A stretch of 64,000 nucleotides of DNA from an uncultured Rivularia sp. (GTDB lineage: Bacteria > Cyanobacteriota > Cyanobacteriia > Cyanobacteriales > Nostocaceae): the NCBI GenBank assembly GCA_963665115.1, contig OY762007.1, forward strand, positions 6,016,001 through 6,080,000, given 5' to 3'. A program made the translations under genes and the position numbers. The first letter of the stretch is position 1. Each line of letters opens with the position of its first letter. The notes below the pieces were generated by a model. It was not told the DNA's origin, did no database searches, and was given only the letters and a program-made list of their open reading frames with translations. Shown one piece after another: positions 44,601-52,870 of this stretch.

Positions 44601-46086
44601 GCGGTTCGTTTGGTAAATGACGATTGATATAAACGTCCACCGTGTTGGAATTAGCAGTGGGACCGCGATAAACGGTTAAGGAAGCACCATCTGGGAATTT
44701 AGGGTAACAAACTTCATTTTTCTCTAAATCATGACAAGTTTGCGCCATTGCTGAATCAAATTTGATAAATCTTCCTGTAGCGCAATCCATATACTGTTGT
44801 TTCAAGTGTTCTTGAAGTTTATCTATGATTTTGGGATGCTCCAATAATTGACAATGTTCTTTCAAATCTGCTTTGAGAATGCGATATATCAAGTTTTGCT
44901 CGCAATCATTTGACAAAAACATATCATCAATTAGATTTTCAATATCTCCTAAATCAAAGCTTTCAAAATCAATCAAATCTTCAGATTCTGTCTGAGCTTG
45001 TATTTGATGTTTACATTTAGCATCTATTGAATCGATATAGTCTTGAGCGATTTTTCTGGGGTCATTAGCCATATCTTTGAGTTCTTCCAAACGTCTTTGC
45101 AATCGTGGAAGAACATCACCTTCTACTCCTCTAGGAAAAGAATTCCAAAATTGAGCGCCCGTGGAAGTGATACCGTGATATGCATTGGTCTTGTTTCCAA
45201 TTCCCATCTTCATTAGGTATTCCCCAGGTTTTAGAGGAGTGGGGGAGGGGGTGATGGGGGGAGTGGGGGAATGGGAGAGTGAGGGAGTGAGGGAAGTGGG
45301 AGTGAGGGATTGGTCTACAACAATATTCGTTCTTTCTGTACCTGCTGTATACTCTCGTTCATTCCCTCTCTCTCTCCCTCCCTCCCTCTCTCGCTCTTTC
45401 CCCCTCTCTCCCGCTCTCCCACTCCCCCACTCCTCTTTCTGTACTCGTCCTTTGAGTTGTTCGCTCGAAATTACCAAATCATATCCATTCCCTACCTGAC
45501 TTAAATCCCGTGGCGCAAATGTACCTTTTCCCAATTGCCAAGTTTTATTAATGTCATTATTTTGGTTAAGCCCAGCACGTCTTTCTTTGATACCAAACCG
45601 AGTTTGAAATGGTGTTTCTGGCTCATTACCTAAAGACTTATGTAATACAGCATCTATTTTCCCATCACCATCACCAACTAACTTAATTGCTTCAGAATTT
45701 GGCATCACCCCACCATTCTCACCAGTGTCAGCATCCACAACTAAAACTCGTAAATTTTCTCGTTCAGAAAAACTTTGACAGGGTGTAAACATATTGGAAC
45801 CATATGCAGCACCGAAGTGGGGTTCGTCAAAAATCTTTTCTCGCAATTCCTCATCCATAAAGTAGAAGCGATTATCGGCTGCAAATTGCAGTGTTAATCC
45901 TTCTGTTGTAAATTGTTTGAGGTCTTCTTCTGTTGATAATCCCTGATATACTATTCCCAACTTGAAAGTAGAACTTTGAGCAAAGTATTCTGCCAAGCAG
46001 TGTTCAATTGTTTCTGTAATTGGTTCTCCGTCCGCGATAATTGGTTTACCCGTTTTTGTGCAGAAGTGGGAGAGGGTAATTGCCAT
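41640..46086 (-). CDS. Single-subunit two-barrel RNA polymerase (cellular RdRP/YonO-like), ~1481 aa; frameshift at ~43004
   Basis: Motifs in RdRP order: GDGDGKI, PFQTRFG, LGKGTF, VYRGP, SDCDGDR (44533-44547), IGIVAN, QIEVDRGKS. ORFs 42997..46086 and 41640..43043 join as APDPANPT. Confidence 0.8.
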
Positions 46087-46149
46087 AACCTTCTATGCCT
46101 CAATTCATCAAGTTACCTTCAAATCTAGTTTTTACGGATTGATGCATAG

Positions 46150-46189
46150 TAGTTCTTTAGTGAAGAATATTTCTATCACTAAAGTAGTA
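46150..46189. promoter_or_regulatory. Operator-like pair (TAGTTCTTTAGTGAAG / TATCACTAAAGTAGTA) upstream of the RNAP gene
   Basis: Similar to the 13652 palindrome and has the same 24-bp spacing. Confidence 0.45.
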
Positions 46190-46263
46190 TTTTTGTTCTT
46201 AAAGCCTTAGTTTTTGTTTACTATGGGGATTAAGTAACAAACATTCTTTGAGGATATTGAGTT

Positions 46264-46518
46264 ATGGATAGTGCGAAAAAAGTAGTATTACAACCGAATG
46301 TTTGGGATACAGATAATTTGGGAGATTTAGTTGCCGAAGGGGTTTTGGGCAGTGATGATTTGTCTTTACACGGTGTTGTTCAAGCGCAGAATGAAGAATA
46401 CGAGCGTAAGGAGCGAGAATGGCAAGAAGAAAATGAAAAATATTTAAACTCTATTGATTGGGAAAGTAAAGCAGTTAAGTATGAACCAACAAAGGAAGAA
46501 GAGGAGGAAGTTTTTTAA
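46264..46518 (+). CDS. Small acidic hypothetical protein
   Basis: 84 aa, GAGGA RBS, divergent from the RNAP gene. Confidence 0.65.
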   Translation: MDSAKKVVLQPNVWDTDNLGDLVAEGVLGSDDLSLHGVVQAQNEEYERKEREWQEENEKYLNSIDWESKAVKYEPTKEEEEEVF

Positions 46519-46642
46519 GAATATAGACAAATTTCAACGAAAAAATATCAAGAGTATTTGGTCTTGGCTTGCTTTTTAGCTTGCATACTACAAAGAAAGC
46601 TAAAGCTTATTTTCAGTACTTGATAAGAAGTAATAACTTAAG

Positions 46643-46664
46643 AAAAAATCCCCCATCGGGGGAA
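46643..46664 (-). terminator. Intrinsic terminator
   Basis: On the minus strand TCCCCC-GAT-GGGGGA followed by T6, ~20 bp after the stop at 46684. Confidence 0.7.
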
Positions 46665-46683
46665 ATGTTATTTAAAATCAGCA

Positions 46684-46947
46684 CTACTGCACGGTGATTG
46701 CACGTACCAAAATACTCATTACCTCTCCTGGATTAGAAGTTGGTAACAACGGAGTCCAATCCCGTACATTTGCATAGCCAAGTTGATGTAAAACCTGAAT
46801 TGTCGCTATTACTGCTTTACGGGAGCCAGTTAGTATATGCTTGATTCTTTCTGGTTCCGGAGGTTGAGATATTATAGGCTGAGGACTCACAATAGCTTTT
46901 TGTTGATTTCTCGCATCACTCAGAAAATTTCGATACTCTGATTTCAT
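46684..46947 (-). CDS. Small hypothetical protein
   Basis: 87 aa, IKHILTGS..LHQLGYA..DW.P pattern seen in cyanobacterial small proteins. Confidence 0.7.
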   Translation of the reverse strand: MKSEYRNFLSDARNQQKAIVSPQPIISQPPEPERIKHILTGSRKAVIATIQVLHQLGYANVRDWTPLLPTSNPGEVMSILVRAITVQ

Positions 46948-46983
46948 TATTTATTCACCGCTATTACGATTTCATTTTTGACT

Positions 46984-46995
46984 CCCCGTGAGGGG
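46984..46995. promoter_or_regulatory. Mini-hairpin CCCC-GTGA-GGGG (putative template-strand promoter)
   Basis: 37 bp upstream of the start at 46947; same architecture as 48620 and 49347. Confidence 0.6.
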
Positions 46996-47100
46996 TTTTA
47001 CTAGCTGCAAGTATTCAGTTTCGAGGCAATTATTTGTCCTGAAATAAAGTCGAAACGAACCGTCCCCGTATTGCTTTAATCCTTGTTCACAGAAATGAAT

Positions 47101-47241
47101 TTATTGTCTTTGAAGCCATTGAATAATGCTTTCGTAATTATCAGTTAAGAAAAGTGCAGGAAAATAAATTCGTCCGGTTTTAACTCCAGTTTTTGGGTGA
47201 GTAAATATTTGAAATTGCGGCTCGCTTAAAACTTCAGCCAT
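47101..47241 (-). CDS. Small hypothetical protein (probable start MAEVLSEP; possibly truncated)
   Basis: QFQIFTHPKTGVKTGRIYFPALFL. Confidence 0.5.
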   Translation of the reverse strand: MAEVLSEPQFQIFTHPKTGVKTGRIYFPALFLTDNYESIIQWLQRQ

Positions 47242-47329
47242 TACTATTACTTTGTGAAAATACTTTGAATAATTTTGAAAGCTTGTGATAGATAAATTGA
47301 AGTACCTTGACACAAGATTTCCTAAAAGA

Positions 47330-48082
47330 TTAATTAGATAGTGACTCGGAATATTTCACGAAATTCGAGATTTTCCAGTTCAAACCATGCACTTTATCAG
47401 CAATATTTGGCTTAGAAGAATTGCCATCACATAGCATACAAAATTCACATTTTATAATGTCATTTTCAGTGTGACGACAAAGGATTTCGTTATCACTTAA
47501 AGGTGCATCGGGAGCCATAATCCTAAAAGTTCTCCAGCCTTTACTTTGAGCAATACGAGCTTCCGATTCGCTTTGTACTGAAGCCATCAAATATGTTTGC
47601 CAGCGTTTGTCGCAGTCATTGCGAAACCATTGATGTGTGTAGCCAGTATATCCAACAGATGCAGAAATAATCGGTTCCCAGACATCGAATGGTACTGCTG
47701 TAGGGTCGCCATATGAACCAATTCTGATAGGATAACGATAATACTTTAAAAGTTCTATTTCATTTTTGCTGAGTTTTGAGTAAGTACCTGCTACATATTT
47801 TCGGTACATATTATTTATTGGAGCGAGATTGACATAGCAGCTTCCTGTTTTGCTCAATTTTAAACTACAAGAGCCACAAATACCTCGATCCAAACCTTGC
47901 TTTGCAGCAAAAGTGGGAACGAATTCTTGTTGTAAAACCCAGCTTTGAATCATCCTTCCGGTTTTGCGATTTGAACTAGGAGAAACAAAGCCTGTCAAAA
48001 TCAGAACTATAGGAGAACCGTCAATTAAAGATGCCCCTTCCCAAACTATATAACTATTTTTCAACATATTAATAGCGGACAA
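47330..48082 (-). CDS. Cys-rich phage-type protein, possible Fe-S / radical-SAM-like
   Basis: NRKTG, ICGSC..SCYV, IRIGSYGDP, GYTHQW, MASV, and C-terminal C..CxxCxxC. Confidence 0.6.
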   Translation of the reverse strand: MSAINMLKNSYIVWEGASLIDGSPIVLILTGFVSPSSNRKTGRMIQSWVLQQEFVPTFAAKQGLDRGICGSCSLKLSKTGSCYVNLAPINNMYRKYVAGTYSKLSKNEIELLKYYRYPIRIGSYGDPTAVPFDVWEPIISASVGYTGYTHQWFRNDCDKRWQTYLMASVQSESEARIAQSKGWRTFRIMAPDAPLSDNEILCRHTENDIIKCEFCMLCDGNSSKPNIADKVHGLNWKISNFVKYSESLSN

Positions 48083-48150
48083 ATATTTTGATTTTTCTGA
48101 AGCGAAAAGTATTTGAAATGATGATGTATGTGAAATAATCTACGACACCA

Positions 48151-48182
48151 AAAAGGGGAATAAAATCAACTTTATTCCCCTT
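48151..48182 (-). terminator. Intrinsic terminator
   Basis: On the minus strand AGGGGAATAAA-loop-TTTATTCCCCT followed by a T-tract, after the stop at 48207. Confidence 0.75.
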
Positions 48183-48206
48183 GAATTCTGGTTTATAATT
48201 TCAGTA

Positions 48207-48584
48207 TTAATTCTCGGCTTTCATTTGAGGATTAACACTTGCATTTACCCTCTGGGCATATTCCCTCCTGCGCTGCCAAGATAATTCGTTTAGTACTACT
48301 AAATCTTCCTTAGTTTTACCAAATTTACGATTAGCGAATTCAAGCAGTTGTTCAAGGGAATAGCGCTTTTCTTCTACTTTTCCAAAATCAGTTGCGAAGC
48401 GCTCTTTAAATACATCCCAATTAAAGTTTTGAAAACTGTTTTTAGCAAGAAGTCCGCATAAAGACCGTATGGAATAGTAGACTTTAGAGTAAAGTCTTTC
48501 TGAGTAATCGCTAACTGAATACTCGCCTAAAACGGAATCATCGATTGCTTGAAAGTTTGGTGCAGAGGATTTACGTGTAGCCAT
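48207..48584 (-). CDS. Hypothetical protein
   Basis: 125 aa, AGGAG RBS. Confidence 0.75.
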   Translation of the reverse strand: MATRKSSAPNFQAIDDSVLGEYSVSDYSERLYSKVYYSIRSLCGLLAKNSFQNFNWDVFKERFATDFGKVEEKRYSLEQLLEFANRKFGKTKEDLVVLNELSWQRRREYAQRVNASVNPQMKAEN

Positions 48585-48619
48585 AAGACAGATATCTCCT
48601 AAATTTTCATTGCTCTATT

Positions 48620-48631
48620 GGGCGTAAGCCC
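48620..48631. promoter_or_regulatory. Mini-hairpin GGGC-GTAA-GCCC (putative template-strand promoter)
   Basis: 36 bp upstream of the start at 48584. Confidence 0.6.
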
Positions 48632-48671
48632 TCTTTCTATTGGATTATTTCAGTACGTTAAGTTTCGGTAA

Positions 48672-48917
48672 TCAGCACCAAGATGAATCGTGATAATCTG
48701 CCATTAAATCCTTGATTTCACAGTTGTGCTGATAATCAATTTCTAACTGTTGAAAGTCTGTATCTAATGCTAGATTTTTCAATTCTTGTATCATTTCTTT
48801 AACATGATTTTCATCACTGATACCTGAGTAGTAAACTTTGATAAATTTGTCAGCTTTAGTCATGAATTGTTCTAGATTTGTGACGAAACCCTGTTCTGTT
48901 TCAATTGCTTGAATCAT
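48672..48917 (-). CDS. Hypothetical protein
   Basis: 81 aa, AGGAG RBS. Confidence 0.65.
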   Translation of the reverse strand: MIQAIETEQGFVTNLEQFMTKADKFIKVYYSGISDENHVKEMIQELKNLALDTDFQQLEIDYQHNCEIKDLMADYHDSSWC

Positions 48918-48947
48918 GATTTTCTCCTATAAACTATTTGAAGCGAT

Positions 48948-49310
48948 TTAGTATTCGTTTGGAAGCATGAGGACTTTTTCAACCAGATAGAGCTTGATAT
49001 GATTCAATGGAAAATCTGTATATTCAATTTCTTGCCGTAATACTTCTTGATTCGTATCCCATTCGCATATCAAAATTCCGGAATTATCTTGAACTTGTAA
49101 ATGCCAAATTTGAAATTCTCGGAGTTTTGGATTCGATAGGAATTGTTTCGTTTGATGTGAAGCGATTGCATCTAATAACCAATAGCAGTTAGCTTCTTGC
49201 GCTAGGTATTGGATTCCTTCAGTGTATTTTAAGCCGAGCCAGTGTTTGTAGAGAGTGACTGAACCATAAAATTGTTTTAGCTCGATGGTTATTTCTTGTG
49301 AAGTTTTCAT
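48948..49310 (-). CDS. DUF6876-like protein
   Basis: YTEGIQYLA..CYWLLDAIAS..FQIW..Q.I.YTDFP..LMLPNEY. Confidence 0.75.
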   Translation of the reverse strand: MKTSQEITIELKQFYGSVTLYKHWLGLKYTEGIQYLAQEANCYWLLDAIASHQTKQFLSNPKLREFQIWHLQVQDNSGILICEWDTNQEVLRQEIEYTDFPLNHIKLYLVEKVLMLPNEY

Positions 49311-49346
49311 TTTTTCAAAATCATTTTACGAACTTCACAACTTCAT

Positions 49347-49358
49347 CGGCGTGAGCCG
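49347..49358. promoter_or_regulatory. Mini-hairpin CGGC-GTGA-GCCG (putative template-strand promoter)
   Basis: 37 bp upstream of the start at 49310. Confidence 0.6.
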
Positions 49359-49749
49359 TAAAACGATAACTGCTGATAATAGATGCCAGCAGTTAAAAGA
49401 TTTTAAAAATCTTTTATGAAAACATTTTTTTTATTTAATATATTTTTTTATAAACTAAAATAAATTTCGATGGCTATAGATAGTTAAATGATGATGTTTT
49501 GTCAGATAGAGACTTTTTTCTCATCGTGGTAGTTCAATACCTTTAATTATATTTTCGGACGATTTTGAACGTACAAATTTTATCAATTATTTATCTCAAA
49601 ATCCAAAATTATTGAATGACTACGACCAAAAAGTTATACATCAAGATATTAGCGAGAAAGATTCTAAAGTGGTAAATTTCTGCTATCGAGTCAAACATTT
49701 GTACGAGCAATGGAAAATAACATGAATCTTACACGTACCTAATTTCATA

Positions 49750-49878
49750 TTACTCAAGCTCGTCGGGAAAAAACGCTGCGTCTGCTGTTTCCACTGTACT
49801 TACAACTAAGGCTCTATCCAGAAATTCATTACGACGTTCCCAAGATGTTTCAGCTATTAGCAAGCAACCATGACAAGC
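49750..49878 (-). pseudogene. 3' remnant of a DUF1998 (DISARM DrmB-like) gene
   Basis: Translates as ACHGCLLIAETSWERRNEFLDRALVVSTVETADAAFFPDELE*. Confidence 0.7.
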
Positions 49879-49957
49879 ACAACTCTTCAATAAATTTTAC
49901 TTACCTCCAATTTAATTATGGATAATGCCTCATGATTAATTTTGAAGTAAAGTTAGA

Positions 49958-50181
49958 TGAGAAGGGAGAAGGAAGAGGGCAGAGGGCAGAAGGGAACCCT
50001 ATAAGTAAATTTAAGGGTTTCAAACAAGGACACCTTTTTTCTTGTACTACGTATCCCGAAAAAAATATTGTGAGTTTTGTCACAAATAAATAATGGTGCC
50101 TTTTAACCCGATAACAGAGGGCGAAAAACTATTTATTATTTATTCCTTCTGCCTACTGCCTACTTCCCTCTGCCTTTCCTT
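49958..50181. mobile_element. MITE-like element with inverted heptamer (GGCAGAG-type) repeat ends
   Basis: GGAAGAGGGCAGAGGGCAGAAGG on the left and CCTTCTGCCTACTGCCTACTTCCCTCTGCCTT on the right. Confidence 0.5.
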
Positions 50182-50406
50182 GGTAACGTTTGATAAACTT
50201 GAGTAAACTTTTAGCTAGCTAAAGCTAACTTTTAATAATTTTTGCTTCTATAGATAGATATACTGTCCGACCCTAGACTAAAGAATATAAGTATACTGAA
50301 CTTTAGTTAGATTTAACTGATGAACATTTTTAATATTTTTATGTTCAGAAGTTCATGCAAATAACTTTCATTAATCTGAATAAAATTATTAGTAGGTGTA
50401 TATACA

Positions 50407-50708
50407 ATGCCAACTCTAACTAATGAGCCTCATAACGATATCGTTTACTCCTTAATCAAGAAAGCAAAGCATTCCAAAATACCTAGAGATATCAGCTACT
50501 ATAGTCAAGATTTCGACGGTAAAATAATAGAAAAAAACGAATTGATATTTTGCAATATACGATGGATCAAGGTTACTTGAAATGTGAAATGGTAAATGAA
50601 CCTAGCGCTTTTGAAGAAGGGAATGAAGCGCCGTTTGCTGTTTGCAAAAATGCACAAATTACTCGAGAAGAATTAAACCTATTGAGATCTGATTTCTTCA
50701 GGGTATAG
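50407..50708 (+). pseudogene. Small hypothetical gene with a frameshift near 50548
   Basis: MPTLTNEPHND..KNELI continues in another frame as LQYTMDQGYLKCE..NAQITREELNLLRSDFFRV*; AGGT RBS. Confidence 0.5.
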
Positions 50709-50714
50709 TCTTGC

Positions 50715-50886
50715 AAGAAGTAAGAAGTAAGAAGTAAGAAGTAAGAAGTAGTACCATTCCCGTTCAAGGTAGAGGATTCAAATAATAAGATAGATAACGC
50801 GGGTTTTTATTCGTCTTTAAAAAACGAGGCTTCGTACATGAACGAGCGGGCAATATTTCTTACTTTTTACTTTTTACTTCTTACTT
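50715..50886. repeat. (AAGAAGT)x5 and inverted (ACTT[C/T]TT)x4 heptamer arrays around a ~110-bp core
   Basis: Seen directly at 50715-50749 and 50856-50886. Confidence 0.7.
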
Positions 50887-50922
50887 AAGCCCAGAGGGCT
50901 TTGGGTTTAGGAGAAAAAACAT

Positions 50923-52503
50923 TCAACTAAACATCAAATCCAAAAACGATATACTTTTAAATTCCTTTCTTAAAGTATGACTTTCACCTACCTGAGTGGG
51001 TGGGACAAAAGTATATCCGGATGGTATTAAAAAATCATATTCTTGTGCTAATTGCTTTGCTTTTTCTGAAGCTTGATATCCTGGTGGTAATTTCCGTTTG
51101 TGACATTGCCTTAAATGAGGACTAATACTTGCTATTGCTCTAGATATATTATCCGGATTACCAAAGTTTTCATCAAAATCCCTATCATACTTGATACGAG
51201 AAACGTATTGAATACGATGTCTATTAATTGATGATGATTTTCCGAATCCGGTTCCAGAAGTCGGCGATAAAGATGGTTTTCTTAATACTTTTCTCGCAAC
51301 TAAAATATCACGGTATGCGATTGTAGTAAGAAATTTAAGAATTTTAACTTCTGCATCAAAATCGGGATAATTCCCCATTATTTCCACGTTTCGCTGCTTG
51401 GCATTAATTTTACCGACAACAACTAAGCAGTTATTTGGATTATCATCAATATATGCAAGAACTATTTTAATTAAGCATAGCAAACCACTATTATCTTGAG
51501 GATAGAAAATAATTTCTTCTAAACCGTTTTTATTAACGATAATACTGGTGGGTTGATGTATTGAAAATTCTCTGTTAACTACAGCTTCTGCCAACACCTT
51601 TGGGCAATTATCAAATGCTGTTTGACTAGGTATATTGCATAAGCTGGATACAGTAATTGTATATAATTTATGGTTGAGTTCATCACTATCATCAATAATT
51701 TTATCCCACCTATCACCATTAAGCAAATAGGCATATGCGGGTATGTTTCGCACCAAACTAGTTAACAAAACAAGTTGACTATTCGTATTAACTTTGAATT
51801 CTTGCCATATTAGATTATCTTCAATTAGTGCAATTGGAAGTTCTAATTTTTTAGTTTCTATAAAATGATTTTTAACTAAGTGCATCGTATCGCATACAAT
51901 AGAAGCGGGAGCTTCATATTCTATGTATGTTTGAATTAATGAAGATAGTTTATCTAATTTATTGATAGGAATATTAGCTTCATGAGTTAATTTTAATTTT
52001 ATCTCTTTTTTCAACTTATTTAATCTGTTTCTATATAACCATTTTGTAGCCTGAATGTAGCTGATTGAATGAGTTTGTGAATATACCATCCAATCATTCA
52101 TCAACTTACACCATTTCTGTACTTCAATTTTGCTCATAAGCCGATACCTATGTAAATTTGCTCCTGATTGAATATATAAATTAAGTTCTTTTTGTTGACG
52201 AAGGATGTCTAACCATTTTTGGACAAAATCACGATTTTCTTTTTTACTTACGTTAAATATTAAATCAAAGAAAAATAAATCAGTATTTTTATCTTTCAAT
52301 TTATGATATGAGTCTAGTAAAAATAAAGCCCAACATATCATTCCATAGGGTGTATCCTCTATGCCAAAGCTAACTTTCCCATAAGGACTTTTCCATTTAT
52401 TAATTAGTTCAAGAAATTCTTTCTTCTTAATTTCTGTGTATGCTAAGACAGCTAGTTCCTTATTTTCATTTGAAATTATTCTTGGAACTATCTTGATTTT
52501 CAT
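50923..52503 (-). CDS. Hypothetical protein
   Basis: 526 aa, GGAGG RBS; C-terminal SPHLRQCHKRKL..GYTFVPP..VG. Confidence 0.75.
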   Translation of the reverse strand: MKIKIVPRIISNENKELAVLAYTEIKKKEFLELINKWKSPYGKVSFGIEDTPYGMICWALFLLDSYHKLKDKNTDLFFFDLIFNVSKKENRDFVQKWLDILRQQKELNLYIQSGANLHRYRLMSKIEVQKWCKLMNDWMVYSQTHSISYIQATKWLYRNRLNKLKKEIKLKLTHEANIPINKLDKLSSLIQTYIEYEAPASIVCDTMHLVKNHFIETKKLELPIALIEDNLIWQEFKVNTNSQLVLLTSLVRNIPAYAYLLNGDRWDKIIDDSDELNHKLYTITVSSLCNIPSQTAFDNCPKVLAEAVVNREFSIHQPTSIIVNKNGLEEIIFYPQDNSGLLCLIKIVLAYIDDNPNNCLVVVGKINAKQRNVEIMGNYPDFDAEVKILKFLTTIAYRDILVARKVLRKPSLSPTSGTGFGKSSSINRHRIQYVSRIKYDRDFDENFGNPDNISRAIASISPHLRQCHKRKLPPGYQASEKAKQLAQEYDFLIPSGYTFVPPTQVGESHTLRKEFKSISFLDLMFS

Positions 52504-52870
52504 CGCTATCTATTTTCCTCCAAGTTTATAAACACCCTGCTTGCCAGTGTATTTATTTGGCAATAGTTATAGAAGATTGTTTTGTAAGAATAAAACTTAT
52601 ATATTACATAAGCTTTGACAAAGATTCAATTTAAACAGCTATATTTATTTATACTTTTGTAAAGAAGAATTAAAAGTATTTGATAACAATTCCTGTTATG
52701 ATTTTTTAGGTAGAAGTGAAAAATTTGAAAAGCAACGTAGGTTATAAATATAGTCTACTACCTACCTTTGGTACCAGTATCGACTCGTTAAGATATCAGT
52801 AATTGTGATATTTGGTACATCGACAGCTTTTAAAAATATCATCGATTAACTTAGATAATGTTCATTAGCT

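Larger units (their letters stand above)
12732..49400. mobile_element. Conjugative element (ICE or integrated/plasmid segment) with cyanobacterial-type T4SS; boundaries approximate
   Basis: Xis-like gene, VirB4, VirB6/8/9/10-like genes, VirD4, Rep plus DnaB, ParM remnant, MobD-like gene and a small-gene cluster. No att site identified. Confidence 0.8.

Noticed and set aside
45185..45504. Plus-strand ORFs within the RNAP gene
   Set aside because: They are low-complexity translations of the repeat insertion.
46649..46662. Fourth promoter-type hairpin (CCCCC-ATC-GGGGG)
   Set aside because: Different loop, located after a stop codon and followed by a T-tract on the coding strand, so it is a terminator.
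49470..49724. Plus-strand coding remnant
   Set aside because: Interrupted frames and no recognisable family.
52853..52869. Fur box upstream of the acylase (GATAATGTTCATTAGC)
   Set aside because: Only a partial match in AT-rich DNA, abutting the start codon; not supportable by eye.
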